A stretch of DNA of 64,000 bases from positions 19,778,001-19,842,000 of the forward strand of contig NC_043007.1 in NCBI RefSeq assembly GCF_006345805.1. Direction: 5' to 3'. This DNA comes from Octopus sinensis. Its lineage: Eukaryota. A program made the translations under genes and the position numbers. The notes beneath the pieces are model-generated. The model made no database searches. It saw only the letters and a list, made by a program, of their open reading frames with translations, and had not been told where the DNA came from. Positions 24,464 to 39,578 of this stretch are shown in pieces (position 1 is the first letter of the stretch; every line of letters starts with the position of its first letter).

Positions 24464-25564
24464 ATTACAAAATAATAAATAAAACATATGCATATATATA
24501 TATATATACATATATGTACATACCTACATCTATATGTATATATACATGCATATATAGGTACAAGGCACAAAAAACGTAGAACACAATGAGAAACGAAAAC
24601 GAAAAAGACCCTGAAAACGGACATTCCTCAAACAACGAAAAGACAGAGTACAAGACATACAACACAAGGAATATTCCCCTTCTTCAGCTGCCCCTGCTTC
24701 GACTACTTATATATACATAGGTATATAGATATATATACATATGTATATGTGTGCCTGTGTGTGTATATATATGTATGGATATATATATATACATACACAC
24801 ACATACATATAGAAATACATATTAATCAGAATATACACTATTATAAGTCTATTACATCTGGTCTTACCCATCAGTTTCATACCGGATATTAACTACTGCG
24901 TGGTTATTTAATACTTCTTCAACTACACTCCTACACGCATACTAACCTTATACTCACAGCAAATTCTAAACAAAAAAAAACTGCCACCTACACATATGTT
25001 TACTCACCTGCCTCTAAGAGCATCGCAGCTAATTCCAGTTTTGGGGGATAACTCCCGATAAATTCCTCGAATTATTGTTTCCCACAATTTTGCTTCGTCT
25101 TATTCTTTCACAGTATTTACAAAACAGATGGGACACTTTCTCACATCCAATAACAGAGGACAGCTAGCATTTCCCCTCTCCCCTGCCTGCCATCCTTGAA
25201 GCGCACGTGTATTAGGTAACCACCCACTTACCTCATATGCAGCGCGAAACCGATCGGTGAGATCGGTTGTAATGGATCTGCAATACTGTTTACTTTGGAT
25301 TAATATAACCTCTCAGTTGACAAATATACGAGTGCCTATTTTTCCTGATCTGTGAATTCTTAGATTATATATATATCACCATGATTCACCGCTAAATCCA
25401 CAAGTTTAAAAAAAAATTCTCTCTGTTTATTTCATCGTGTACCTTTCTGTTGAAGAGCGTAGTTTCGAAACGTAAAAGACTTTCTCCCCTTCCTGACCGT
25501 CAAACTAATACACCTGCTTGTTGTTTATACACCTGTCTACGTCTTTTGTTGTTCTGTAAATTTC

Positions 25565-25620
<56 letters not shown>

Positions 25621-25621
25621 G

Positions 25622-25684
<63 letters not shown>

Positions 25685-26010
25685 TTTATTTAAAAGCACC
25701 AGAAATATAACAAAAGCTGTTGCTCGGAATTTCACGCTCCCGTTCGCCGGACACTTTTTTCAAGCTGTACGACGAACGGGAACGTGAATCTCCGAGTAAC
25801 AGCTTTTGTTATATTCTGCTGCTTTTAGATAAAGCATATTACTCTATCCCTGGTATTTCAGTACTCTTTTTTCCACCTTGTTTCACATTTATGTGCTTGC
25901 TCCGGTATATATATATATATAGATATAATATAATTCGAGACAAAACCACTATTTTAAAACCCTAAATCTGATTTTTCCCCTGTAATTTGGATTCATTCCC
26001 TAATATTTAT

Positions 26011-26061
<51 letters not shown>

Positions 26062-26646
26062 CACAGGAAGTCGAAAAGCAAAATTTATATCCTTATATCG
26101 AACACTAAATGATAAACAGAAGTATAGTGTGTAAATGTACTGGTTCTACCAAACATACACTTTAGATAAAGTTTTCACAAATAACCCCCTACATACGATG
26201 AAGCTCACCATGTACGCACGTTTACGCAATCTTAACCCTATCATGTATTGCTTCACATTTAGCTAGCCATTTACAAGGATATTGGTGTAGAAATATCCCA
26301 TTCTCTGCTTCCAACAGCATTTAATATGTTGTATTATATTTTCAAGTGTGCGACTGGTCAAACGGAATACGTAGACATGCCTACGAAATGCCAGGAGGTC
26401 CCACAGGCAATATGGCAGACGTGACGACAGAGCATATAAACCGGATATACTGTCGGATCACAACAAACCAACTGTATATATTCAATGTATTTTTAAAAAG
26501 GAACATTTTAAAATGATGCCTCTGTGTTGGCGGCTGACATTTGCTTGTTTTTTACAGTTACGTCAAGATGCAGTTGCCTGTATATCTCTCTCTTATATAT
26601 ATAATATATATATATAATATAATATATATATATATTATATATCATG

Positions 26647-26679
<33 letters not shown>

Positions 26680-26681
26680 TC

Positions 26682-26722
<41 letters not shown>

Positions 26723-26893
26723 TGTATATATATATATATATATATTCATGTATATGTATATATATATATATATATAATATAGATATTCATGTATATGTAT
26801 ATATATATATATATAGATCATGATATGTATATATATATATATATATATTCATGTATAGGTTATTATATATATATATATATATATATATTCATG

Positions 26894-26926
<33 letters not shown>

Positions 26927-27000
26927 TCATGTATAGTATATATATATATATATATATATTCATGTATATTTATTAATATATATATATATTCATGTATATG

Positions 27001-27032
<32 letters not shown>

Positions 27033-27042
27033 ATTATTCATG

Positions 27043-27082
<40 letters not shown>

Positions 27083-27084
27083 TG

Positions 27085-27115
<31 letters not shown>

Positions 27116-27204
27116 TCATGGTATATGTATTATATATATATATATATATTAATTCATGTATATATATATATCTATATATATATATATGCGTCTCTGGTGT
27201 GTGG

Positions 27205-27560
27205 GGGAGGCGCATGGCCCAGTGGCTAGGCAGCGGACTCGCGGTCGTAGGATCACGGTTTCGATTCCCAGACCGGGCGTTGTGAGTGTTTATTGAGCGA
27301 AAACACCTAAAAGCTCTACGGGCTCCGGTAGGGTGTTGTGGTGATCCCTGCTATACTCTTTCGCCACAACTTTCTCTCACTCTTTCTTCCTGTTACTCTT
27401 GTACTTGTATTTCAAAGGGGCCAGCTTTGTGTCACGCTGAATCTCCCCAAGAACTACGTTAAGGTTACACGTGTCTGTGGAGTGCTCAGCCACTTGCACG
27501 TTAATTCCACGAGAAGGCTGTTCTGTTGATGGATCAACTAGAAACCTCGTCGTCGCAACC
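27205..27560 (+). mobile_element. tRNA-derived SINE family D (tRNA-Arg-like head)
   Basis: A-box TGGCCCAGTGG, B-box GGTTTCGATTCCC, then body gagcgaaaacacctaaagct...ctctttcgccacaactttctctcac. Related copies at about 15395-15702(-), 38085-38380(+), 52285-52580(+). Confidence 0.85.
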
Positions 27561-27580
27561 GATGGAGTGCCACGATATAA

Positions 27581-27632
<52 letters not shown>

Positions 27633-27999
27633 GCACATGGCTTAGGGATTAGGGTATTTGGCTCGCGATCATCGGTCACGAATTCGTTTCCTGGCAGCGC
27701 GTTGTATCCTAGAGCAAGACAATTTATTTCATGTTGCTCCAGTCCACTCAGCTGGCAAAAATGAGTAGTACTTGTCACACTGAATCTCCCTGAGAAATAT
27801 GTTAAGGTTACACGTGTCTGTGGAGTGCTCAGTCACCTGATCTCACGAGCAAGCTGTTCTGTTGACCACGTTGACCGGAACCCTCGTCGTCGTAACAGAG
27901 TGAAATTTATATATATACGTGTGTGTGTATGTGTGTGTGTGTGTGTGTGTTTTTGTATACATGTAAGCCACGATTGAGCACATGTATGTGAATACATAT

Positions 28000-28048
<49 letters not shown>

Positions 28049-28059
28049 CTATAATTTTT

Positions 28060-28237
28060 GGTTTTAACAGGGTCCGATTTGAATTTTATCTTCTTCGGAA
28101 GGAAGAGCAAGCCTTGTTCTATCATACTCTCAATTTTGGTCAACTTGTGCTGCAGGGTCTCGGAGGAGATAGTGTTAGTTGAAGGCTACCAAACTTTCCA
28201 CACACAGACAACTTCAGCTTTATATATAGAGAGATAA
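28060..28237 (+). mobile_element. 3' fragment of a Helitron-like (HINE-type) element
   Basis: aattttggtcaac...ggtctcggaggagatag...cacacagac...gctttatatatagagagat; the terminal 15 nt match the end of the 39579-40978 element. Confidence 0.5.
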
Positions 28238-28457
28238 TAATATATATGTTCGATTGCTTATCAAGCTATCTCTCTATCTTGCTTCTTTATCTGTCTCTGG
28301 CTGTGTGTCCCCCTCTTTATCACTCTTCTCTCTCTCTCTCTCTCTCTCTCCCTTTCTCTCTTTCTCTCTCTCTTTTTCCCTCATCTCCCTATCCTGCTTC
28401 TTTATCTGTCTTTGTCTGTCTGTCTGCCTTTGCCTGTGTGTGTCTCTCCTTATCCCT

Positions 28458-28492
<35 letters not shown>

Positions 28493-29959
28493 TTCTCTCT
28501 TTCTTTCTCCTTCTCTCCCCTTCTTTACGGGTGAGCATACCCATCGAAAGGTATAGGCTACGTTTCAGTAACATATTTCTTAAATTATAAACCCTTTAAC
28601 GAGCCCCCGAGTTCAAATCATGCCTCAGCAAAATAAATCAATAACTGAACTTGAGGTTATTGACTCCCTCTGTGTGTGTGTATGTGTGTGTGTCTGTAAA
28701 TATATATATATATATATATATATATAATCAGAAGGCTTCACCGGAGCATTCAAAATATTTTTGTTTGCACCGGAACTCTCCTAAGTGAACAGTGGCCATT
28801 TTGTTTTTGTGTATATTTTCTTTGTTTGTTCTTTTAGATTTGTTTACATTTTGTTTCAGTTGTTTTATTATGTGTTCTCTTCATTTACATCAAGTCTAGT
28901 TTATAAAACATTTATGACATAACCGAAATAAAGCCAGGCCTCTTCAAAATAGTCGTATATCCAGTGTAATATTTCGATTACATTACGGTAATATATTAAA
29001 TAAAACTGTTGCACTGAAGTGATATTACAACAGACTGTGATATTGAGTTCGTCCAAGCGGAATCTTGTTAAGCTATTTCAGCCTCTTCTCAATGATGTAA
29101 GCGACAACTCTTTTATGTAGTTATTCAATTTGTTGGTTTCAGGTAAAAAAGAAGAAACAAGAATAAAATACAAATGTTTTCAAAAACTCATGAAAGCCGA
29201 TGGACATTAAGTTCTTCTGATTTTATAGAATTAATTTGAAAAGGGATAGAAGTTTCCCTGGATAGGATAACACACTATCACAGATTAACATTCCCAAATG
29301 ACAGGATACATATTACCGACGTCTGAATGAACTGGAGCATGTGGAATGAAGTCGTACTGCCTAAATTGCTCAGAAAGATGTCTGCTGTACCATATTCTTG
29401 TCATCGTTGCTGTTGTTGTTGTTGTTTTGCTCGGGTCATTCGGGAGTGAGCAGATTTATGATCAATTACAATCCGTCCCTAATCATCCTGTATTTTATTT
29501 TTCTGGCTTACTGTATCAAGCACTATATTAGCCAGTGTCTCTCCCCAATTTTTAAAAGATTTCGGTTGCAAGATGAGAAAGATTTAACTGTTATTTCTCG
29601 CAAGTTGAGTGAACCTGGAGAGGCTTCTTAGTTCGCCCGGGTCGAGCAACTATACAGAAGCACATACTTCTGCCTATAGACTGGAACTAAATGTCTGAGA
29701 TTCGGTTGTCTGATAATCTTCTCATTCTGCCATTTGCCTCTAAAGATTATCAGGGGATTTCTGCCAAAGTGTAGAAATATCCTCAGATCGTATAAAAATG
29801 TTAAGATTATGTTAAATGCTTAAATGTTAAGAGTTTTTTGCTAACTTTTCAGAGGCCCCAAAGAAATCCCGATGAAAGTTTCTAATGTTAAAGGAAAAGA
29901 GTGTCAATATTCCTCCAAGAAGTCCGTCTAGGTGTTGAGTAAGCATAGGTTAGCACAAG

Positions 29960-30590
29960 TAGGACTCGGTCAACAAGTAACCTGGACAAGGTGGGTCAAC
30001 ATAGAGCAGCGGGACATCACTTGGTCCGATCTCAGGTGGGATGGCATCCAGCTCATCAGCTTCCTCATCCAGACAGTTTATCGTATCCGATAAGCTTTCG
30101 CTCACAAGAGAGGAGTAAAGTATGTTTCTGTCCCTTGTGTACTGAAAAAGTGTCCCTTAAACACCTCTACAGCAGCTGCTCCAGCGTCATGACAGTGTGC
30201 ACGAGGCAGTTGCGGAGGTTTTGACAGCAGATGTTAAGTCCAATAAACAACTATTCAAGAAGGACGCCATTAGTTTTCTCAAAACTAGAGAGAAGTCTAT
30301 TTCGCTGACACATCAATGGTTGTAGCTTCTTTCCATAGCCCCATTTCCCAGCGAGATTGTCAACTTAGCGTGGTCCTTACGGAACAATTAAAGCTCACGG
30401 ACCAAATCAAATCTCGACATAATTACCTTCTCGAATTCTACCACGCAGGTGATTACGTGGGAACTGACTGTTCTGGGAAGAATACACGGAGAATCACAAG
30501 AGAAAGCTTACTAAATACCAGAAGCTGGTAGAGCAAAGCGAGGTTGGCGGGCACGTTGCAAGCCAATTGGTATGGGCTGCTGGGGTTCAC
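29960..30590 (+). mobile_element. Decayed HERO/NeSL-like (restriction-like endonuclease) non-LTR retrotransposon fragment
   Basis: Frameshifted frames give GQQVTWTRWVNIEQRDITWSDL...ISFLIQTVY, the zinc knuckle CPLCTEKVSLKHLYSSC, RHDSVHEAVAEVL, then DIITFSNSTTQVITWELTV and RGWRARCKPIGMGC, i.e. the PD-(D/E)xK endonuclease region as I recall it for HERO elements. Confidence 0.75.
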
Positions 30591-32659
30591 TTTGAAAAGA
30601 TCTGACAAGGTTTCGAGTTCATCTCATCTAGGTCGTCCCATAGGACGCCCCTTATTCATAGAGGTTTCGGTTGCGCATACTATAGGAGCGATAGGGCGTT
30701 ACTCCACGTGGTCCCACAGTTTCCATCTAACTAGAAATAGTAGGGTCTCATCCATTGTCTTGTATTCAAGATCCTCTGCATGACATTCTGCTAGTTCAAA
30801 GCCAGGAATCTGATCTGTTAGGTCCTGCCAGTAACTAAATCCACGCCCTGCTGCCGATGCTTCGATTTATTGTCATTAAGATTTTGTCTGTCTCTTACCC
30901 TTAGAGCTGTCTCGCCTGGTAAGACCTACTTGAAGATTTCTCTCCCTCCAGCATAGCTCTCTAGATCAATGGAGCGCACAGGCACTTCACCGCGACATGG
31001 TACTTGTTGAATTGGCCGTTGACTACACAACAGTGCTTCCGCCCTTTTTCGTCCCACAGGGTGTCCCACTGGGTGTCCAACCCTCCTCACCAAGCAAGCT
31101 TGTTAGGGTTGCCAGTTTAGTTACCGACGACCCAACCTTGTGACAGGTTGTACAGGGTTACATGTTGCCAGTGGCGCTCAAGAGCGACCTCACCAGAGGT
31201 TTCGAATTATTAACTGAAAGAATCATGAATGCGTCGGATAAAATACTTAACAACAATCGACTTAATCCCTTTGTCTGTCCTTGTTTGTCCTCTCTGTGTT
31301 TAGCTCTTTGTGGGTAGTAAAGAAATAGCTATTTTCGCCCGTCGCTACGTTCTGAGTTCAAATTTCACCGAGGTCGACTTTGCCTTTTATCCTTTCAGGG
31401 TCGATAAATTAGGTACCAATTACGCACTGGTAATCGACTTAATCCCTTTGTCTGTCCTTGTTTATCCCCTCTATGTTTAGCCCCTTGTGGGCAATAAAGA
31501 AATATGAATCGTTAGAGCTTCAGACAAAATGTCTGTTCTGGTTCCTTAAGTTCTAAGTTCAAATCCTTCTAGCATCATCCTTGCCCTTTGTCCCTCTGGT
31601 GTCGATAAAATAATGTCTCAATAAAGATGTGGAGTCCATGTACTTGACTAAACCCTCTCCCTTCAAAGCCGCTGGACTTCTGCTTAATTTAGAAATATTT
31701 AATAATACTGATATTGCATATGTAATATCTGGAAAAAGACGGGATTGTCATTTCTGGAATGCTTTTGATAAGAGGAAGTTAACATCCACAACAACAACCT
31801 ACAGATCATGAAGACCCCCAACATTTTGCAATCAACAGCAGCAACATCCCATACATCACGAACTAACAAATATCTATTACATCATCTATCACTGTGCTAG
31901 AAATAGCAGTCAAATCGGTGTCTTAAAAAAGGCAGGGGGCACACGTTAGATAATATGGTTGTAGATATGTTTCTTTATTAGCCACACAGAGCTGCACACA
32001 GACGGGACAGATTACAAAGTAGAACTTTTCTTTTTTGGGGAGAAAAAAAGTGGGGTAAGTTTTCGATCAAAAGGGATCGTAAAAGGGAAAGAAAAAAAAG
32101 GAAAGAAAAAAAACAATAAATAGGGGTCGTGTATCACAGTAATGTCATGATGTAAAGTGTAAAGGGGGAAGCAGATAAGGTTTATCTGTGGAAAGAAGAG
32201 CCTACGGAAAAGACCACGGTAACCTCGGTCAATAATGTTACATGTTACCACATTTGTTTGCAAGTAGGTAACCCTCTGTTTTAAATTTTCCGGGTTCATA
32301 AGATTATGCTCAAGGTGTCTTCGTCATTCATACGTGCCATCTTTGCTACATTCACCCATCTTTTTTTTTAAACATTCGCTAGACAAAACTTGCCTCTCTA
32401 CTTTCACTTTCATTTCCAAGTGGAACCAGAGAAAAAATTTTAAATACTGCTGAATATATATTTCTCTTTGATCTTAGATAAACTTCGATCAGGGTTCATA
32501 TGGGACTAGATAACAACAATAACAGCAACAACAACAAGCAACAGTGACTGAGCACTATGGCAAGCATGATGGACACCGCGTACCAGGCGTCGTCACATGA
32601 ACAAACACGGCAGCAAAAAACAATCAACGACAAAAAACAACAGCAACAACTACTACATG

Positions 32660-33140
32660 TCCTAATAAGGCTATTACCACCACCATCACCACCGCCACGA
32701 CCATCACAATCACTATTACCACCACCACCATTACCACCACCACCACCACCACCACCGCCATCACCATTACCTCCACCACCACCATCACCACCACCACCAC
32801 CATCACCATTACCTCCACCACCACCATCACCACCACCACCACCATCACTACCACCACCATTACCTCCACCACCACCATCACTACCACCACCATCACTACC
32901 ACCACCATTACCTCCACCACCACCATCACCATCACCATTACCACCACCACCGCCACTACCACATTACCACCACCATCAACATCACCACCACCACTATCAC
33001 GATCACCATCACCACCACCACCACCACCATTACCACCATTACCACCACCACCACCACCACCAACACAATAACAACAACAAGAGCAACAACTATTGCTACT
33101 ACTACCACTACCACCACCACTACCACCACAACTACCACTA
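32660..33140. repeat. (CCA/CCT/CTA)n trinucleotide array
   Basis: Source of the poly-Pro/His ORF 32557..33144. Similar triplet arrays lie at 23340-23900, 36950-37390, 42325-42495, 43495-43815, 44390-44520, 49755-49965, 54220-54620 and 57940-58330. Confidence 0.93.
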
Positions 33141-33225
33141 CTAAGTGTAGTACGGCTGCCGACACACTCCTCCATCAACACATGGCATACACACACATAC
33201 ACAAACACACCTAATAACAGCTACA

Positions 33226-33261
<36 letters not shown>

Positions 33262-33466
33262 CAAACGCAACCGCCATCAACACCACGACACACTTACCAC
33301 AAAACAACAAACACATCATTCCCAAAATCTAAAGTGATCATACGTGAACAATTTTCGGCTGCTGATGCGAGTGAAGAAGGCAAATTTTATGACCGAATTT
33401 GTGATAGTTCTTACCATCATATAAGCAGCAGCAGCAGCAGCAGCAGCAAGCAGCAGCAGCAGTAGC

Positions 33467-33500
<34 letters not shown>

Positions 33501-33799
33501 AGTAGTAGTAGTGATGGTGATAGTGATGGTTACATACGCACAGTAACGTGTCGTGTGTCATTTTTACATCAAAGAACCTTGTTACTTGCTCTTATGAGAT
33601 GCAGGTACATAGCGGGACATAACAGCCATTCATTTACACCCGTATATGTGATATATAATACATAATATATGATAGAATATAATGTAATATTATATAGAAT
33701 AATATAAGATATATAATTCAATATATATATGTGTGTGTGTGTATATATACACTTGCACAAACAAACACACAAACACACACGCATACATATATATGTTAT

Positions 33800-33836
<37 letters not shown>

Positions 33837-34149
33837 CATATATATGTATATATGTATGTACACACACGCACACAGACACACGGGCACACATGCACACGTA
33901 TTTATTGGCGCAGGCGTGGCTGGGTGGTAAGAAGCTTACGTCTCAATCATATGGTTCCAGGTTCAGTCTCTCCTTGACGCCTTAGGAAAGTGTCTTACAC
34001 TATGGGTTTGGGCCGGCACAAAGCCTTGTGAGTGGATATTTTTTACGCACATACCTATATCCATCCATCCATCCATCCATCCATCTATCTATCTATCTAT
34101 GTCTATCTATCTATCTATCTATCTATCTACCTCTCTCTCTCTCTCTCCC

Positions 34150-34455
34150 TGAACACTCCATCGGTTACGATGACGTGGGTCCCAGCTGATACGATCAACG
34201 GAACAGCTTGTTCGTGAAATTAACGTGCAAGTTGCTGAGCAAGCCACAGACACGTGTACCCTTAACGCAGTCCTCAGGAAGATTCAGCGTGACACAGAAT
34301 GTGACAATGGTGGGCCTTTGGAATACAGGTACTACTCATTTTTGCCAGCTGAGTGGACTGGAGCAACGTGAAATAAAGTGTCTTGCTCAGGGACAAAATG
34401 CGTCGCCGGGAATTGAACTCACGACCTTACAATGGTGAGACGAATGCCCTAACCA
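34150..34455 (+). repeat. Interspersed repeat family E (SINE/LINE-tail-like)
   Basis: Shares cttaacgcagtcctcagg..., cattttgccagctgagtggactggagcaac and aagtgtcttgctcag with 27380-27900(-), 8090-8225 and 63290-63400. Confidence 0.65.
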
Positions 34456-35099
34456 CTATACATTTGTACGATTAATAAATGAATATATATATATATACAT
34501 ATTTATGTACTTACATGCGTATATGTAAATTCATAAATTGCGTATATATAGACTCATCTGTTAAATCACTCGCAAACTCTGAGTAACGTTTCAGCAAACT
34601 TCAGCTTCCAATAAAATATTTTTATGTACTCAGGACTTATATCTTCATTTGGAACACAAATGCTTACCTTTGTGTGCGTGCGTATGTTTATGTGTGTGTG
34701 TGTGTGTGTGTGTGTGTTGTGTGTGTGTGTGTGTGTGTTGTGTATAACTATCTTTAATTAGTTTCAGCTCGAGAGCTGTGGCCATGCTGGAGCACTGCCG
34801 TCACCTCGAAACCTCTGATATGTAGTATTTGGAGAATGAGGGAGTTCGATGCTGCTAACCTCATCTGCGTTTCCTGTTGTGAGGTAGTCTCATCCGGAAT
34901 CCTTTGACAGGAGGAGATCAAGTTTTGCTTCGCAGACACCTACATTCACAGCATGTATATCTCTGACTTTTGGGGAGGATATTGAAGAGCTGTTGAAACC
35001 CAAGCTGTTGCAGTATCCAGTCCTCTATCTTGATGGCGATGATAGGATCTTTGACACTATGCAGTTGCGTTCCGCGTTGCTGTTTGTGTAACTTTCAAT

Positions 35100-35790
35100 G
35101 CCAAAGTTTGGTACGAATCCATCCAGAATTTTCTAGAAGTATTTTTCTAAGTCTGGTATAATATTCTTGGGTCACCCTATCTTTATTCACAGTACCCTTC
35201 TATGATATGTTTTCACCAGTTCCTAGATATTTGTAGGATTTTTTGTGGAACGGGAGAGATAGAGAAATGCACAAGTTTTGAGTCTGGCGGACTGATTCCG
35301 CACGTTTAACAATCAAATATGAACATTTCTTTTGGCCAAATTCCATTCCTATGTCAGCTGAAAATGTTTATTAATTCCAGCAGTTTATTTGGCATTGTTA
35401 ACATTTTTAGCATAGATCTTAGGTCATTCACAAAGAAATTATGATTTACATTAATGTGTCTTGTAGTTGCAGACCTCAGCATGTAACCATTTGGTTTTGT
35501 AGCAGGAATGATAATGGATTTCATACCAAAATGAAAAGAATTAGAGCAAAACTATCTCCTTGGAATATTCCCTTTGAAGTATTTATAGTATCAGAGATGA
35601 TCGTTCCGTTCATAGTTCTAAGAGTTAGGATCGTTCCTCAGTTATTTGTGAGCCTCACAGTGGAAGCAACAAATGTAGCGGGTATTTTGTTAAGCGTAGA
35701 GTGTAGAGACCTCAGCAGTTATGAGCGGGGAATAGTATCCAATGCTTTTCTATAATCAAGCCATGCTGTCACGGGGTATGTATATAGGTT
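35100..35790 (-). mobile_element. Decayed R4/Dong-like reverse transcriptase fragment
   Basis: Minus-strand frames with stops and shifts contain a degenerate DYRKAFD-like motif, SKGIFQGDSF, HNFFVNDL (YxDD position) and TFSADIGMEFGQKKC, motifs typical of R4-clade RT. Confidence 0.8.
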
Positions 35791-36376
35791 TGTATATTAA
35801 ATATGTCTGAAAATGTGATCCCGGTGAAAGAAAGCCATACCATTCCTAGGCAAGGCAAAGCTGCAGTCAATGATTGAATATTTATTACTCATAGTAATAT
35901 TGGTTTCAGATTCTAAGCACAAGGCCAGCAATTTCGATGGAGGGTGTAAGCCGATTCCATCGATCTCACTTCTCAACTGGCACTTATTTTGTCGACCACG
36001 AAAGGTAAAGTCAACCCGAGCGGAATTTGAACTCAGAACGCAAAGCCGGACGAAATACCTATTTCTTTACTGCCCACAAGGCGCTACACACAAAGGGGAC
36101 AAGCAAGGACAGACAAACGGATTAAGTCAATTATATCGACCCCAGTGCGTAACTGGTACTTATTTAATCGACCCCTCGGCGGAATTCGGGGGGGGGGAAC
36201 TCAGAACGTAGCGGCAGACGAAATGCCGCAAAGAATTTCACCCGGCGCGCTACCGATTCTGCCAGCTCGCCACCTTATACTTAAATGTAATATTGAGACG
36301 GCAATAAATAACTGGGTTATATTGATACCTTGTTACATATATAAGCATATGACTTATTTCCTTGTGTGTAGTATAC

Positions 36377-36428
<52 letters not shown>

Positions 36429-36869
36429 ATATATGATATATATAGATACCACTAATATAGATACACGAGTGCATGCGAATGAGCCCTGGGTGGGTTCATT
36501 GGCATATTTTCACTAGGCCTTCTTGTCTGGGTATGTCCTTCTTTGTAAATGCGTGTAAATATAAGAATATGCGTAAGTGTTTATACGTGTTCATGTATGT
36601 GTGTGGTGTGTTTGTTTATGTGTCTGTATGCGTGTGTGTGCGCAAGCGGATGTATATGTGTATGTGTGTAAGTGTGACCGTGTGTATGTGGGGTGGAATT
36701 TCTAGATATGTAGATGGAAACAGTGATAACACACACACACATACACACACACACACACGCGCACGCACGCATACACACATACAAATACGCATGCACATAT
36801 ATTTGCTTGAATGTGTCAGAAAATTTACGAAGAGGATTGTGTGTGGTAGGGCGTATATATATGTGTTGT

Positions 36870-36900
<31 letters not shown>

Positions 36901-37362
36901 CGTGCGTGTGTTCCTGTATAAGTATTTGTGCACGTTCTCTTCCTCAGCATCGTCATCATCATTATCATCATCATCATCACCATCATCGTATTGATCACCA
37001 TCATCATGAACATTTTCGTAATCATCATCATCATCATCAACATCATCACCATCATCACCATCACCATCGTCATCATCATCATGAACATCATCGTAATCAT
37101 CATCATCATCATCATCAACATCATCACCATCATCACCATCACATCATCATGAACATTTTCGTAATCATCACATCATCATCATCATCAACATCATCACCAT
37201 CATCACCATCACCATCATCATGAACATTTTCGTCATCATCATCATCATCATCACCATCATCACCATCACCATCACCATCATCATCATCATCTTCATTAAC
37301 ATTTTCGTAATCATCACATCATCATCACATCGTAATCATCATCATCATCATCATCATCATGA

Positions 37363-37394
<32 letters not shown>

Positions 37395-38956
37395 TCTTCC
37401 GTTGGGTGGTACTGTTCAAATAGCTAAAATGCTTCTGTCATACCTTTGCCAGCAACAATTCGCAAGTTACGCTGTTATATCTGAGTTTAGATATTAAAGC
37501 TATGAATATTTTCGTATATACGCACACATATATATAAATGTATCTGTGTGTGTGTGTCTGTTTTTATATACCTACACCATATATGCAGAGTTATGCACAT
37601 TTGCGAGTATGCATTTTTAAATACTTCTAAAAATGCATGCATATTTTTCCGTGAAAGAATTTTATAAAAACATACATGTCTATATTTATAAATACGCTTG
37701 TTTGTGTTCGTGCGTATAATAGACACCCGCTGTCTGAGTCCCGATATATTTGTACAACGATGATAAAAATTGCCTCTAAACACTTAAATTAAACGGGAAA
37801 CTCGGGTATCCGACAAATCCTGCATAATTATGAGACGAAAATATAATTGCGAAAAGGGAAAATAATTTATGAAAGTGTGTAGTAGAGAAATGAGGTTATT
37901 TATTTATTTATAGTTGATGTTGTTGTTGTTGTTAAGGCGGTGAGCTGGCAGAGTCCTTGGCGACCCGGGCAAAATGCTTAGCGGCCACTTCTTCCGGTTC
38001 TCAATGTTCTCAGTTCAGATGTCGCCTTTTATCCGTTCGGCGATCGACGAAAAATATGTACCAGTTAAACACTCGGGTTGATATAGTGGAGGCCCATGGC
38101 CTAGTGGTTAGAGCAGCGGACTCGCAGTCGGGGGATCGAATCTCAGACCGGGCGATATGTGTGAGCGAAACACCTAAGCTCCACGCGGCCCCGGCAGAAG
38201 GTAATAGCGAACTTCTGCTGACTCTTTCACCACAACTTTCTTTCACTCTTTCCTCCTGCATCTTGCAGCTCACTTGCGACGGACCGGCGTCCCGTCCAGG
38301 TGGGGAACCTATACGCCAAGGAAACCTGGAAACTGGCCCTTATGAGCCAGGTGTGGCTCGAGAAGGAACAAACAACAAACCCGGGTTGATATAACCGACT
38401 AGGTCCCTTCCTCAAAATTTCTGGTCGTGTGCCACCCATAGAAGAAAAGATTATGGTAATTATATCTGCTTGAAGCGCACAGTCCGACTATGCATGAAAT
38501 ATTTAACGTCTCCTCTTCAGCAACAGAGTCTGTGTCAGTTCTCAGTGTTGACTTTTCCGGTTTCTGCGCCTGAAGAGTAGATAATCACTCCGAAATACAT
38601 GTCTCCAATACGCTGATTAGGGGTGCGCTAAGAACTGACTCGGTGTATTTACACCTATCTCTCTGCTGAGAGAAATTTTCTCTGTGCAAAATACAATGAA
38701 TGACTTTCTTTAATGCTCAAATATGCATCAGATATAACTGGAAACAAGTTTGCATCTATAAACACCACTGCATGGTGCTGTTATCCCCTGTTCGAAAATA
38801 TAAGGATACAGGGCGTGTGTCGTATAGCCACCTGGAGACAATGTCCCCTGGGACTAAGCAACTGTAGCACTCGCCCCAAAATGGGACTGCCACAGTAATT
38901 TGACAAAAAAATCGTTACTATATACACACACACGCACACATATATATATATGTATA

Positions 38957-38988
<32 letters not shown>

Positions 38989-39578
38989 CTATATGTGTGT
39001 GTGTGTGCGTGTGTATAATATATACATGTGTGTGTCTACGTGTGCGTGTATGTGTGTATTTTGCGGGTGTGGATATACATATATATATGTAAATATATAC
39101 ATCGAAGAGGCCAGGGAACAGAAGAAAGAAGTCATGCACTCAACACCAGAGGTGAAGACACCTCCGAAAGAAGGGGGGACGCCACGTCAAAATGGTAGAG
39201 GTGTAGGGGCCGAAACCGGACGTGGTTCCTCCTGATGATGTCTTGAGCTAACTGGATCCTATAAAGGAGCTGTTGTGGTAAGAGACCACGAAACACGGTT
39301 GTAATTCCATATATGTATTAATAATATATATACAAGTGTGGCTGTGTGGTAAGAAGCTTGCTTCCCAACCACTTGGTTCCGGGCTCAGTCCCGTTGTGTG
39401 GCACCTTGGGCAAGTGTCTGCTACTATATCCCCTGTTCGACCAAAGCCTTGTGAGTGGATTTCGTAGATGGCAGCATTCGTCGTATTTTTCTAGACTGCT
39501 ATGTTAGTTTAGCGATAACTATTAATATCCAGTACCGCTGCTGTAGTCTCATTTAGAGAGACTTAGAAATATATATAC

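Noticed and set aside
27205-27275. tRNA genes suggested by A/B boxes (also 16607-16680, 52285-52360, 22955-23030)
   Set aside because: No complete cloverleaf is evident, and each continues directly into a repeated SINE body; these are SINE heads.
30600-31200. Possible LINE 5' UTR on the minus strand
   Set aside because: Only a vague resemblance; no coding motif and no second copy in the window.
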